From assembly GCA_030141605.1 (NCBI GenBank), contig JAQGDQ010000073.1, positions 650,261 to 714,260 of the forward strand: a stretch of DNA of 64,000 nucleotides, written 5' to 3'. A program made the translations under genes and the position numbers. The first letter of the stretch is position 1. Every line of letters begins with the position of its first letter. This document shows, piece after piece, positions 22,744 through 37,133 of the stretch. Source of the DNA: Tubiluchus corallicola (taxonomy: Eukaryota > Animalia > Priapulida). Below the pieces are notes generated by a model that was given only the letters and a program-made list of their open reading frames with translations, did no database searches and was not told where the DNA came from.

Positions 22744-25700
22744 TGCATGCCCATCTGTGTTCTTAACGTGATTTACATTAAAAAAAAGAATCTCGCCGCA
22801 GTCTTCCAACAGCTGTTATTTCTTGCTTCCCGAAAGGCTTCGAGTAGTGAGGATGTGGACGCTCGTGTCGTTGTTTGAGTGACAGAAATGATTTAGAAGT
22901 AACACGGAGCAACATCAGAGCTCTGATTTCTTGTCTATTGCAGTTGGTCCGGAAATTAGTGTACTAATGACGCTGTGCGTCTTTGGCTGCCAGAATGATT
23001 GTAATCAAGTAAAACCAACATTAACAGTGTACTAAATAATTGATTTTATCGTCAGTTATGCCAGGTAGATATATAGAAAACATATTCAGAATCACGTAGC
23101 ACGTGACTTACCATATTTAACTTTAAGAATTCTAGTAGCAAGCTATACATCCTTAGATTATTCTTTGCCTGTCAGAATGATCATAATAAAACATAAAACA
23201 GTTATTACAGTGTATTAAATTTTTGCTGTTATCATCACTTATGTCATATAGATGATTAGGAAACATCATAGTGCTACGACTACACCTTATGGTTCTAGTA
23301 GTGAGGATATGCAACTCTAAATCAGTCCTTTCCTGCCAGAAATCATCCCAATCGAGCAATATTGGAAAAATAAAGAACGAAATGAATGCTTTTATTAACA
23401 GTTTGTAGGTACTATTTTTGAAAACTCAACTTTCCTTTTCCTGTGGCATGTTATAGCTCTCATGTTTTTGGGTTGCTGTAACTTTGCGGTCACTTTCCCT
23501 TTAAGATGTTTTGAAATGGATCTCATTTCCTTATTCCTGGTATATGGTCATTAGTCCATGGCTAAACTTGTTTTAACGTATGATGTCAGGAATAAGGATT
23601 ACCGCGTAGAGTTGTGTGAGTAAATATTACAGTTTACCCAACATTTCTGTCTGACGCCAGACTGGATAAAATCCAATTGATAAGACTTGCCACAGTGACA
23701 CCTTTTACCTGATTTCGTCTTTGAATCATTGGAACTTTTGTATAACCCGCTATTGGATGTTTCGCTGTGAACTGAACGCAGGTCTGTGAGTTTGGCTAGG
23801 ATTCGGGGTGAAGCCGTATTATTTTCATACGGAGAGGATTTTTTACGGGACTGAACGTCCCTAACCTTTAGTGTTACAAAGGCGGTTTCTGGAGTTCGAA
23901 CTCTCGTGTAAGTGGTAGAGCTATCTGATGTTGGGGAGACTTATGGAGAAACACTTTTACCAGTTTAGACGCACCGACCAGATCCTCCTTTTAAGAACAA
24001 TAGTCATAGTGGTCACAGAAAAGAATAGATATTTAACCATACGATTTAACCCTATCCAATATGCGGGGCGAATCTACGTACGTTACAGTGAAACTGTGTA
24101 ATTCAGACCATTAAACTATGTTTAAATAAATAACCTTATCTTACATTGTTGATTAAATTCGTCGCAATAGTAACTTCACGGCGCTGAAACCTAATAATGC
24201 AATTTAGCCCAAGCCATCACCTTCGCAAATTTTGCAAATCCATTTTACTGTCGAATAAAACTCCATTCATAGACATAAACGCCGCCTATAAAGCGTCACT
24301 AGGCGATAGAGATGTTGTTATTATTAATGGCTGCAAAGCGCTAAGTTATTATTGTCTAGTATGTTACTCTCCCGACTTTAAATTTTTTGCGAGCCATGAA
24401 AATAATCGCGAATCTGGCGAGATAATTTCATGCGCAAAAAAGCATGCGAAATGTGCAAAAATGCGAAAAGTTTTCTGAAATAATCATCATAATTTATAAT
24501 TGTTTCAGCTGTACACTTGTAAACGTGTAATGTATTGCCGGGGTATTGTTTTAGTCCAGGGCGACGATGGCACAGATAGTAACATATGTTACCCTTTACA
24601 TGAATAAATTATACAGCTTCATAGCCATGACACATGGTTATAGATTTCTTGCTGCGACAGGTAGATAGACTAGCGCACCAGGTTTGGCTTTGCACATCAA
24701 AATATATTATAATTATGAGGTTTTAAGTTGAAGTAACGTCTGACATGAATAAATGAATAAATTCATGAGTTCTACGTAAACATCTGCGTTGCAGCCAGGT
24801 GAATAATGGTAAAAATGATATAACGACAAGACTTTAGTTGGTCATTTATAAATATTGCTATAGTTAACTCTACATTTATGTGGAGAACCAAGATAAAGCA
24901 CAGTAAATGTAGGAAAAACTCATATGATGATGATAAATCTTTTATTGAAAAGAAATACATATTTACAGCGGTGCCTCTATTTGCAGGCGTGCAGTTTAAC
25001 TTGATTAATAACTGTTAGCTCAATTAAATAACGTGATAATTTTTTAACAACATTCTATCCGGCTTTATCAGTTGGTTAGCAAAAAAACACATTGTCTAGC
25101 ATTCACTTCTCCTTTGCGACTACTTTATTTAATTTTAAACATGTTCATAATATAAGGTAATATAACATTTAACCCGTATTACAATGCTAAAAAATTATTT
25201 ATCCACTTATGTTTTGGCACATGAACTTTCCAATTTTATAAAAATATGTAAACACAATTTTATAAATTTTTTGTATACATATATTACTCAGTTCTCATAT
25301 TTTATATGTAGCAATTATATAAATAAAAACCTTAGCAAAATTATAGTGCCTATATACATTAGGTTATTTAACTACAAGTATGTATAGTAAATCGGTCTCG
25401 TATTACAGCAGTAAAAGCTTTAATCATGCTTCTGTCATTTTTACTATTATATTTATCAAACTTCTTCCTCCTAGTTAATCCATTAAGAACTCCTAAATGA
25501 TTGCTATGTTAATTAATTACTTTACCAAGAAAAAATAATCTTGAATCCTGCATCTTAAAAAAGTTTTTCCGTTTCAAGTGATATCAACTCCACAAGAGTA
25601 CACAATTTCTTTATCTGCACAGGTTATTTTCCTTTGAACACAGATCTATAAAGTTGTATTGATCTATGCTTGGGTATATACATGAGCATATTCATGTCTG

Positions 25701-25798
25701 TAATAATGTCTGCGTACCTCAGCTTGTAAATGATTTACTAAAATGTTATTGAATTAAATTATGCTGCCCCATGTTCTCCTAGCTGCTTTGTTTCTGCA

Positions 25799-25801
<3 letters not shown>

Positions 25802-25831
<30 letters not shown>
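25802..25831. repeat. (TC)n microsatellite
   Basis: Read directly from the sequence. Confidence 0.95.
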
Positions 25832-25834
<3 letters not shown>

Positions 25835-26759
25835 CTCTCCTTTTTATATCATATATTCTCCCTTCTGCCTTCTCTTTTTTTTATTTGTATTTTTCTATAT
25901 CGTCCAAATCACAGACTCCAGTTAGCGGCTTGTTTTTGAACAGCTTTTCTAAATGATTGTATGGGCTTCCCCTTGTCCTCCACACTGTGTGTACTGCGTC
26001 TTTTATGCCACTCATCGAACCCTAATTATGATACGTGAATCCTAGAGTAGCATTGGTCGGCTCTCTGCTGCATGTCATTCTGTTTGCTTTGGCTTGTTGT
26101 GCTTTGTTCTGATCAATGATGGATCATTCGTAGTAAAATATAGAAGGAAGAAAATTTGAGTTGAACATTTTTCCTATCAGACATGGGACTGTCTGACAGG
26201 AAGCCTGGTGATGTACTGTATGGCACTGTAATATTTTTATTTTTGTCATGGCATACTCACACGGATATGGTTTACAAACGGTGTAGTTAAACTAGTTTAA
26301 ATAACTTAGAATGTACGTCAAATGACCTGAGTGACTTTTTCTTTCAAGCACAATATAAAAAAGATTGGCTTTCTCGTTATCTGAGAATGCAAACCTAAAT
26401 TTTGTTTGCGGAATTTTAAAGGACCGATTATTGCTATCAGTTCTAGCATTAATGTATTTTGTTACACGTGCATACCATGACTATATTTTACTATCAGTTT
26501 CCTGTACCGATTAAAGCCATACTACACTACTAACATATAGCTTACTCTTAAAGTGTGTGATAGTAATCTGGTCCAAAGAGTTATGAACTTATCGGATCAA
26601 CCAAAGTAAACATTGGTAGCAAAATGCGGAAATGCTAGCTGCTACGCATGTACGTATCAATATAATATAGACTTTTCCCCTGTTGTTTTGTTAAACCAAA
26701 AACTTGTATAAAGCTGATTTCGTTTTTGTAAATATTTGTGGATTAAATTGTCTTTAACC

Positions 26760-26900
26760 GTGAAGAAGGGTCATCTTTACAATAATTTGCAAAACATAAC
26801 GTGATACGCCTCACAAAAACTGGACAGTAGCTTCTTCGCACCAGGCTCCAGAAAAAGCCAATGATTTACATCAGAGTATCTGTGGCGGATAAGCAAAAGG
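26760..26900 (+). pseudogene. Possible degenerate Penelope-like GIY-YIG endonuclease fragment
   Basis: Frame-hopping fragments VIFTIICKT*, KTGQ*LLRTRLQK and SVAD resemble GVIYxIxCxxC...YIGETGRxLxTRxxEH...SAVA. Heavily degraded. Confidence 0.3.
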
Positions 26901-28602
26901 AATGCAGCGCACAAAGAGGATGCAGGGCATTGGTAACCCAAGGAAGTTCCATTCTGTTAACTTTCAACTAGTCTTTACAGTTACAATATGCATCCGTTGC
27001 ATTATTGTCACCCCGCCAAGCAAAGGGTTTCTTTCTTATCTAGCTGCTGCTTTTCTGACCTGAATAAAAGTCGCTTGGAGGAGCCCCTAGATTTTTAGCT
27101 CTGTATGCCTTACTGTAACAAAGTGAGGCGGGTAGCCTAAATGCCAAGATTTTTACTTCAGCGATTAAAGCAAAGCAGATAAAACACCATGAATAATCAA
27201 GAAAAGCTGAATCATGCCTTGTTTCAAAAACTGTTGACACAACACTTACTTAATTGGCTACCCGAGTGTTCACTTGACTGACGAGAATTGAATCTGGTTT
27301 CCAAAACGGTCCAACCGAATGACGATTTAGCTTATAGTGTTTAGTTCCCATCTGGGCTTCCTACCTTCCCCTACACTTCCACTTTATGGCTTGGCTTGTA
27401 ATAGTGCACAGTGCCCACTCTAGGAACAACCAGCTCCAGCAAGTTTAGATTCCCCTGCTCCGTTATACCAAGCAATTTGGCTTCCAGTTGTGGCTTGGCC
27501 TCTAAATACTGCCTCTTTCTAGCAATGATTTGGCTTCAAGGTTAAACTAACTATTATTCTAATCGTACGCAACATCCGTCAACTATACTCTCTATGGTTA
27601 TTCACGATATTACAGGTGCAGCTATTCTGCCAGCTCGGATCAATGCTTGCAATATGTTCAGCAGCGCTAATTGATTAGCATTAAGACGTTATCAGGACCG
27701 ATAAAGAGGCTAAGTGCGCAATCATTACGCCGCACAATCCCCACAGTTGAAGTAGAGACTGCTGTTAGACGCTTAAGCAATGAGAAAAGAGGATAACCGG
27801 GAGTCTCTTCTTCTCGGGATTAGAAGATGCTAAGTTCCGAAAATTAGCACCGCTAGTAATTGCTTGTCTTTGCTTATTAGCCTAATATTGGAAAAGCTGA
27901 AATGACGACTACTTTTGATGCGGTGTTGATGACTTTTAAAGAACAAATTCCAAAATTAATGTGTTTCACATTGATGCACAGGTACAACGGCTAATGGGGT
28001 ATTTACGTTCATGGAATCCAGCCTGACATGCTGCACAAAGAATTTCAGAAAACTCAGCGCTAAGTTTTCCAAAGTTTATATGTTATCAGCTGAACGTAAT
28101 AATATTGACTTCAGCACATATGCACTTATAAACAGCTAAGCAACAATACACAATGTACTGACAAAAAGTGGCGCTTTTGTCAAATTAACCAAACCATGCG
28201 ACAAATGTCAATTTTAACAGATACAATTATAGCAAGCAAAGTATTTGGTAACATATATCACTGTCAATTCCTCTACCTTTGTTTGACCACTGACAGTATT
28301 GGTTATTAAAATAACATTAGGAGAAGATTGGCGGAGGAAAATTAAGGGCCACCTCTCTAATGCTAACGCTAGTGTTGGCCTTGTGCACACCAGACTTGCT
28401 ACAGCATAGCCATTATAAGCTAGTTTGTATGATAATTGGATGCTTTTAGGTAGAATTTTCTAGCTAGAGGATTATTTCATATTGCTAGGGACGGCATGTT
28501 TACCATTGACGCGATAGTGGGTTGTCAAGACAGAGAAATATTTTGCTCCTGAACATCTACTGTCATAAATTCTATCACACTATAACAATATTTTATAGCG
28601 TG

Positions 28603-28628
28603 ATATATATATATATATATATATATAT
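28603..28628. repeat. (AT)n microsatellite
   Basis: Read directly from the sequence. Confidence 0.95.
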
Positions 28629-31600
28629 GTGTAATATTTTATAATGTTTTATATTTTATACGTTACAGCGGACAGCGACACCTTGATTTAAACTTTTAAT
28701 TAATATGCCTAACTAGAGTATAGTTTTGCTCGGTTTAAATATAAAAACGCTGACCCTCAAATATTCTATTCTACGTCTTGACGAAGTTAAGAGCGCCATC
28801 CAAAAGTAAACACAGACAAAATGTTCGCAAACGCGTGTTTTTCATATCGGTTTTGTTTTATTGATTTTTTTTATTGTAATTATTCTCACAATTAACCCAG
28901 AGACAAGGTTGTATAACACAAATATTACAGTATCATTATAATTACTGGTATGCGCGCGCATCAAAGTACATAACAAGGCGTGAATTGTTTATTATGGGTT
29001 GCATGTTTTAAGCACAGTTATACGCTAAAAATCCTGTATATTTCTGCCAAACATTTAAGTACCTCAGCTCGGCTGTTTGTGTTATTATAACACCACAAAT
29101 AATTTTACTAATCAGTTCTTTGTCATTTGGTAAAGAACAGCATCTAATCTCATGTGCTGTTCAAAGTTGAGGCACTTTTTGCATTTTATCATAGCATAGC
29201 GTCGGCTTTTCATTCACCTATGGGGGACGGGCATTATCATCATCATCATCATCATCTTTGGTTTCGCACATATCCTATCAACATAAATTTCCTTGTGCAT
29301 ATTGCGCACCCGTCCAGCATACTGACAGTGAGTGATCACTTTGTCTTGCCTATTAAATCAATTTCTCCATTGCTTCTCTTCAATTCACCCTGCTGTAGCT
29401 AATTTTTTCCAGTTTATGCATGAATGTCGCAGCGAATTGGCAAGATTGTCTTTGAAACTGATGCAGATAAGAGTGAATGGGGAACTTCAGGCTTCAGCAT
29501 TAGACGATTGCATAGAGCTGATTGGGGTAATAGAGGGGCAAAACAAGAACAGTAAGTCTATTACAATGCCAGATTAGCTTTTTGTGACGCAACTGATAGT
29601 GAGTCCCTAATGGTAAATATTACACACATTTTTGCTTAAAGGTGTCACACAGCATGCAACAATAGTCGATGGTTGTAACAAACCAGTCCTATGACTTGCG
29701 TTAAGAGTGGGCAGTCTAATATTATTATATTAAATTCGTCTTTGCGCTACTAAGTTGAAAGGTAATCAGAACAAAAACGTTTTCGTCTGTAATACGTTGG
29801 TCTATTGGGTGTTCCGGAAAATAATAGCATCATAAATCAAATTGTCAAAGAAAGCACCGATTACGTGGCAGAACACCATGCTCAGTGGAGTACAATGGCC
29901 ATTGCATGCGGAATGGGAGAGTTAAAGGACGGTAACAAGCTCTCTTTCTTTAGCGGCGAACCACTCTTCCGAACAATTAGGATTTTCTAGATGTCAGACT
30001 GCTCGAAGAAGGAGATCATTTATCAAATATCGGGAGCGCTGGGAACGGCATGGGAAAAATACGTCGAATTTGAAATTCATGCCCAAAATATGACAAAAGG
30101 TACCTCACAGAGCTCACTTGGTCTGGAAACTTAGACGGGAAGCCCTAGTTCTTAAGCTTCAGGTCTGTGGCATATCTGTAATAACCACCCAACACCCTTC
30201 GTAAGTTCAATGTCATACATTTATGCTACATACTTGCACAACTATATAGTGACTTCATTGCTTTGCATTATGCTTATACTGAATGACAAACCACAAAGCG
30301 TCTTACCCAATTCTTGAATAAAAGAAGCCATGCAGAAGGCTGCACTTTGTTCTTCTGGCTTCTGTGCTTCTTGGGCTCGTTAAGCTGACTGACCAGTGTG
30401 GGCGGTTTGTTTACTTGTTTGAAAGCAATACAAACATTAATTGCTCATATCTTCACTTGGATTGCACAGGTTCCTTGTTCCATGTTGTTGTTATTCTTGC
30501 AGTAGTGGCCCATGTTTCCTGGCGAGAGGTCACACGGCAGACATCTTGTGGCCATGTGAGTAGCCATAGGTCACTCTATCATAAGTAAAACACGTCTGTA
30601 AGTGGTCCAATGACCGCTGGCTCTGCATTTGGAGAACTTTTGCGGTATTTTATGATCAGTGTGCATACGGTATTTAACTAACTTTGGATTGTCGTGTGGT
30701 AGACATTTGTACTTGTTAACTTTTAACCATTGTTCTGTTTGGTCTCTGAATGCTGGATCGTTATGTCCACTCAGTATGTTTTGTCAAAATTATGTGCAAT
30801 TTATTATGTATATTTTGTGCAAAATACTTTTTGCATTGTTTATTCTCATTAGTCTTTTACTCCTGCATGGTCAAGCAGACCAAAAGACAAATAAACGTCC
30901 ATTATAGTTCAGTTGATTTCATATGAACTGAAGAGGCAAAAAATTAAGCTATGCATCCACTGTGTGGTGCTTTTTAAAACTTCTTGTTTTCAGCCATGTG
31001 ACATTTCCTCATAAAAACTGCCATCCATTCAATGGCTGACATTTGCCATCATGAACACAATTTTCTCACCTGTTGACTTGATTTACTGCTAAACCAATCA
31101 CTGCGCTTGTATTGTTTGCTAATTTTCGTCAGTTTTTGCTAATGTCTGCGGGTAAATTTGTATTGTATCAATTCGTTTCAAGTTTTTGCCCGCTGGCGTT
31201 TTGGCTGAAGACCTTTCAGTTGCAACCTGTGCAAGTAATCACAGCCGAGGACTGTGAAGCCGACAGGTATATGCTTAATACATCTCTGATATGAAGCTAT
31301 TTAAAATAACAGACAGTCAACTGAGAACAGTTATTGTGTGGTTGATTTCTGGTGTATTTAGGTGCTGTACAGAAGAATTCACAAAAAAAAAACAAGAAAC
31401 CAGACGCTATTGGAATCAAAATTTGATGGAAGTGTCGTTTATGCTAATGGGCACATGGACTTAGTTAATCAATTATAGCCCCTGCCATTACTATCAGCGG
31501 GCCATCCTCGACTTTTATTACCCTTCATCGCAGTCAAAATAATAGTTAGAGAGCTAAAAACATTACTTATGTGCTGTTTGAGGACTGTATAAAAATATAT

Positions 31601-34455
31601 GACAGTACAGTGACAAGCGGCACATTAATGTAAGATAAGATAGTGCAAATTGTATTTAGAGTGCAGTGGTGTGGCTTAGCACGCATCAGAGTATATCATA
31701 GTATATTGCGCAATATTTACACCATACAGATACCTTGGATATATTTTGTAGCTGAACTGTTTATTGGAGAAAATGTACTGAGCAGAAAAAGTGAAAGCCG
31801 GTTGTAACGGCAAGCTACCGCTCTGAATGTTTTTGAGCGCAGAAAGAGAAATTTTCGGAAATTTACAACAAGGACACTTGACAGCAACTTGCATTTGCAG
31901 ATCTTCTGTCACTTTGTAACACGTTGAACTAGCAGGGCTTCTTCACAGATGTTACCGTTTTTATATTGCTTGGCTCATTGCAAGCCAGAATTAAGCACTG
32001 AAAGGAAATAGCTGTTATTAATTTTAAACGTTTTTGCCGGGACCGGACTCTTAACTAATTATCAAGAATAATCCTTATTATTGTCATCAGTCGGTTGAAT
32101 TTGCCATTGATGTAGCTGTAGTATGGCAGTTGGGCAAAACCGCAGGTGAACGCTCGTGAAATGCCCACTACCGCCTTTAAAAGTCCAACAATTCATCAGC
32201 ATTGTAAAGATACTTAGAAATAAATTACCAATATATACATCGGTACAATTCATGTGAATACGGACGAGTGTAAACAAGGCTTATTTAGACAGTACAGTTT
32301 CTGCGCATTATATTTACAAACAGATCCTTTCTTGCATCTCCTAGGGTATAACTCAGGGCATGTCCATTTTCTGTCTGGTTCTTATGAGGGCATTATCTTT
32401 ATTATCAACGCATCTACATATATATTTCCTCTATTCTCAATGCGTGAGTTGGTTACCTCAGTTTTTCAAGTTGATTTTTGTATGGTCTTCTTAGTATGTT
32501 TATGTAACTAACTTAATTGTCTGTCTTGAGCGTTGATCTCTTGGTTCCTTATTAAACATACTCTGCTTGTCGTAAGTCCCCCACCCCATTAGGTTCGGGT
32601 CTTTTTCTCTCTGCCCATTCAGGTACGCATTTATACAGTTCATATACCCGATGCGACTCTCAATATCAATGTTATTTCTGAAAGTCAAAACACACAGACC
32701 GTGTTTACCGTGGCCCGCCATGCATAAGGCCAACTCTCGCCCGTTTACAAGTTTTGGGTGAAAATTGAAGAGTGGGTAAATAGCACCATGTTTTGTTAAG
32801 CCGCTACAGTGAATTGGACAAGGTAATTGCGCCCCGTTTGTAGTTGGGATGGAATTGTTAGTCAAAAGATTAGGGCGAAATTGTGTCTGATGTGAGAGAG
32901 TTTTTTGGCAGAACTTGGAAAAGGACGGCGAAACAGTGGCAGCCTGTTTAAAGTGTTAGTCAGCAGCATGGGCCAAAATGACATCTGATGTGGAGAGAAT
33001 TTCGGTTATTTTTTGGAAGGATGAAGATCGTTTGTTTGGTTCATTGCATCGTTACTTGATAATAGGTAACATTTCGTCGGAACTGTAGCCAAAAGCATGG
33101 CATTCTTACATATTTTAAAAGGTCTTCCTTTGTTCCTATCGTAGCTTTGTGATCTATAAGTTCAATCTGTCAAATTACAACGAAACTGTTTCAGCACGGC
33201 CCCATTATTTTCCTATTCCTAACACATCCCAGAGTGAAACCTGACGCGTACATTATAATTTTTAGTCCACTCAAAATTTCCCTGTAATCTTACCAGTTCC
33301 AGCTCAGCTCAGCTCAAGATGAACAATACCAGGGGTAATAATACGTAATACGTTATCTGACTTGCTGACATGCGTGTTATGCATGTAGGTCATTTAAAAT
33401 AATGTAATTCCTGGTAGAGAGAATTGGTGTTATAATGTACATACCATATTTCGCGTATTGCTAAACTGCAATCATAATGATAAGTTGATCAAATTCAAAG
33501 GTAGGCAGCGTGATAGCATAATGTAAGTTTCTAAATTTTCAGCGTAAATGGCTTGTAAATTTCTTCTGTCTTTTAAAATGTACTGAAAACTTTAAGTGAC
33601 TAATTACAGTGCAGAATAAGCATAGACGTGTGTAGTGGCTTGTTACTTCTCCTGTTCTTAGACCGTATCAGCATGTCTGTAATTCACGTTGCCTTTTTGC
33701 AAAGAGAGCGTTCTTTAAAATGTAGATGGTTCACATCTAATCGCATTTATTTGCTTCCTTCATGACTGTAAGCTTAACATGTTATCTGTAGTTTAGTATA
33801 ACTGTCTACTTGTTACTTGAAAAAAATTGTTGCAAAAGAAAATATCGTTGCTTTTTTCTTTGTTTTCTTTTTTATTACATTGGATTACTCCTGTTTAGGT
33901 ACTACATGACAATAGCCTTCCTGACTAGTATCCTTTACATGAACCATTGCTGGGCCCCCCAGGAAGTGATAATAAATAATGTTGTGTTAATTTACATTTG
34001 CGTTGATAAGAAATATTGTTTATGAACTGAAGTTCTAGCCGGTCCTGAATAATGGCGGCTCGCAGATTCAACTACCAGGTACTCCTCCCCCAATATACAC
34101 AGCAAGCAAGCCCAATGAATGTTAAACCACTTGGTATAAATAGCTACTGATCACTCAACCAGGGTTAACTCTACTCTATAGACGAGTGGCGCTACATCCT
34201 TGACAGGGGGTGGCAACTTCATAAAATAAGGCAATTACGAGGGCTGTGTTAGCTGTTATGTGGTCTGGTAATGCTAGAAAGTTGCTGCAGCAGTAAACGC
34301 TGACTTTATAAAAGTTTATTGTAATGAACGTAATGACGATCGTTAATCGATCAGTGCTAGGGTTGTGAGTGACGTCTAGACGCGGTACATGTCAGGTGAC
34401 GTGGGACTGGAGTAAAGCAAAACAAGAGATCTTTTATTCATGATGGAGAAAAACT

Positions 34456-34502
34456 GGAGAGAGAGAGAGAGAGGGGGGGAGAGAGAGAGAGAGGGAGGGA
34501 GG

Positions 34503-34542
<40 letters not shown>
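34456..34542. repeat. (GA)n/(GGGA)n polypurine tract
   Basis: About 87 uninterrupted purines. Confidence 0.96.
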
Positions 34543-34545
<3 letters not shown>

Positions 34546-36545
34546 TGGGCAAGCAAATGAATTTTTGCTTCGGCTAAAGTATCAACAAGACGGTAATACC
34601 CAGAGGACAAATTGACTACTGACAAACAGGCAGAGCAACTTTTCGCTTATCAACAAAGAAGACAAAGACGCTATGAGCCGATTTGTCAGTGACAAAGTCG
34701 TATATTTGCTAAGAAAAATGGTATAAATGCCATGTACAGCTAGCCTTGGGGAAGACGCTGTGAGGCCCGGGCCTCATCTTTACTAATAGTTGCAAGCCCG
34801 GGTGTTGCGAAACTGAAATCCTGGAGCTTTCATTAATAGGATCCGTTTTTTCGCTGCCTGAGTATGGCACCATTCGTGATTACAAATATATGTCTCCTCT
34901 TTTCATTGGATTTAATATTGCGTCACACTCCCAAATGGACAGTGTATTTTTGGAAATGATGCCCTAGCTTTACATTTAGAATATTGTAAAGTTGAATTCA
35001 ATTTGAAATGGAATTTATCAAATAATTATTGTTGATAATCATTTCAAATTCCGCATTGTTCGTTTGGCATTGTTACCTCAAAGTGCTTGACTATATAGTT
35101 TCGTTAGTTTGCAAGTTTACAGATTCAGTTTTGATCAAAATCATTTTAACTGTCTTGGTAATGTGTGTTTTAAATTAAGATGTCCTCTTTGACTTGCACG
35201 TTAACTTTATTGCCTTCATTTAAAGCAAATTTTTATGTGGCTACTAGTAGATCAAGGTAGACATGTAGCTACGGGTCAATATAAACGATGTTATACACAG
35301 CCAAGGGGTCAAAACATGCAGTTGCTGTGAGAGCCTGCTGGAATTTATTTTGTCAAGTTCGCATGTTTACGAGCTCCGATAAAATGCCAAGTTTGCAGCT
35401 TTTACGACCTTCATTGATACGTCCAGAATGCCTGATTGCCTACTATCAAAGTTAAGAATGTCCTGAACACTGAGTTGTACTATAGTCTAGAAGGAATAAT
35501 AGCACTGTTTAGCCTAGATTTGAGAATTAATGTAAGCAGTAATTGCCTATCTACAAAGCATTTGGACAAATAACATAATAAAAGTATTTTGGGAAAATTT
35601 TTTTGAATCCATTTTGACTTGGTCGTCTGAAGAGTCAAAGTTCACGATAGAAGTATTAAATTGTACATAGTATAGTATAGTTTTGCTAACTTAACTCAGC
35701 TCCTGGTACCGTTAAATTTATCTGCAGCATAGAGAGCACACTAGGAGTTGTGTGGTGATAAATATTAAAAGAAAACTTAATAAATAAGTTGTTTAAATTG
35801 CTTTTAGTATCTGATTAATAATTCATTTTGTGTTTTTAACGAGCTTGTTTCATGTTTCTGCAGTCATTATTCCTCTTTTTGACGACCCCTTTTTCAACAC
35901 TTCTCTTGAAACATCTTCTCTCCACCTATCACCGAAAATACATTTATATGCACATTGGCGTGTTCCATCCACTGCCTTACCAGATAACGGCTGCTCTAAC
36001 AAGAACTGCAAACGTCAGAGTGACAAAGCCCAAGTGCAGAAGTCCATTGAAGCGCATTCACGCTGGAACCTCTACTGAATACCAATGCAAGGTAATTGAA
36101 ATCCTAAGCGCTACTTGAGTCGACCCGAGTGCAGGTTAATTGTAACGTTGACTAAGCTTCAAGTATTGCCTGGAATTGCTGATGGTTAGCTTCGAGTTGA
36201 CTCGTGTGAAATTGCTTAACAGATGCACTTAGGAGCGTGAAACGCGTCTGCTATGTTGTTTTAAAGTGAGAAAAGAAGATATAATATCGAAGATAGTGTG
36301 GGTGGATATTTATTCTTCCTGCAGCCAAGATATCGTCGTCGTCGTCATCATCATCATCACTAGTTGCAGTTTACAACAGTAGCACAATCACGTCAACATG
36401 TGTCGTTGTCTTTGCAAAGTGTGAAAAAACGAACTCGCATCAGACACGGTTTTGCACTAATATTTTTGCCACATATTCCCATCTATATTGTGGAACTACT
36501 AGACTAACTGAAGAAAGAGCCATGCCATTCTGTTGATCACACATG

Positions 36546-37133
36546 TAGTCTTGTAGAGCAGCAGCTCAAACTTTAAAACCTGTCCTATTGAGTAGCATCC
36601 TCAGTGCTTACATACAATATCTAGCAGTAGCAGCTTACATCTACTATTGAGTAGCAGTTTACATCCACCAACCAGTCGTGTTGAGTAGCATCTTGCAACC
36701 CCAATAACTACTAATGTTGTTTAGTAACTCAGTCCTCACATACAAAAATTAGTCATTTTGAGTAACAGCTCCCTGCTCACGTACAATAATCAGTTTGTTT
36801 AAGTAGCAACTCACACCCATGAACCAGTCCTGTTGAGTAGAAGCTCACATCCACTAACTAGTCCTGCTGAGTAGCAGTTCATATCCAATAACTGGTCCTT
36901 TTGAGCTGCAGCGCACATCTGATGTCTGGACCTGTTTACTGTTGAGTAGCAGCTAACATCCAATAACTAGTCCTGTTGAGTAGAAGTTCACATCCACTAA
37001 CTAGTCCTGCTGAGTAGCAGTTGAGTAGAAGTTGACATCCACTAACTAGTCCTGTCAAGTAGCAGCTGACATCCAATAATAAGTCCTGTAATGAGTAACA
37101 ACAGGTCACATCCAGTAACCACTAACTAGTCCT
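36546..37133. repeat. 34-bp minisatellite, roughly 15-17 degenerate copies
   Basis: Consensus CTAGTCCTGTTGAGTAG(C/A)AG(C/T)TCACATCCA(A/C)TAA. Most homogeneous at 36825-37080. Confidence 0.92.

Noticed and set aside
22541-22878. Several ORFs rich in HT or CV dipeptides
   Set aside because: They are translations of the CA/CG microsatellite.
29980-30040. FLDVRLLEEGDHL, resembling a Penelope reverse transcriptase motif
   Set aside because: Isolated motif with no upstream YxDD or other RT motifs.
36546-37133. CRISPR-like array (34-bp repeats)
   Set aside because: Units are head-to-tail with no unique spacers, there are no cas genes, and the context is a eukaryotic intron.
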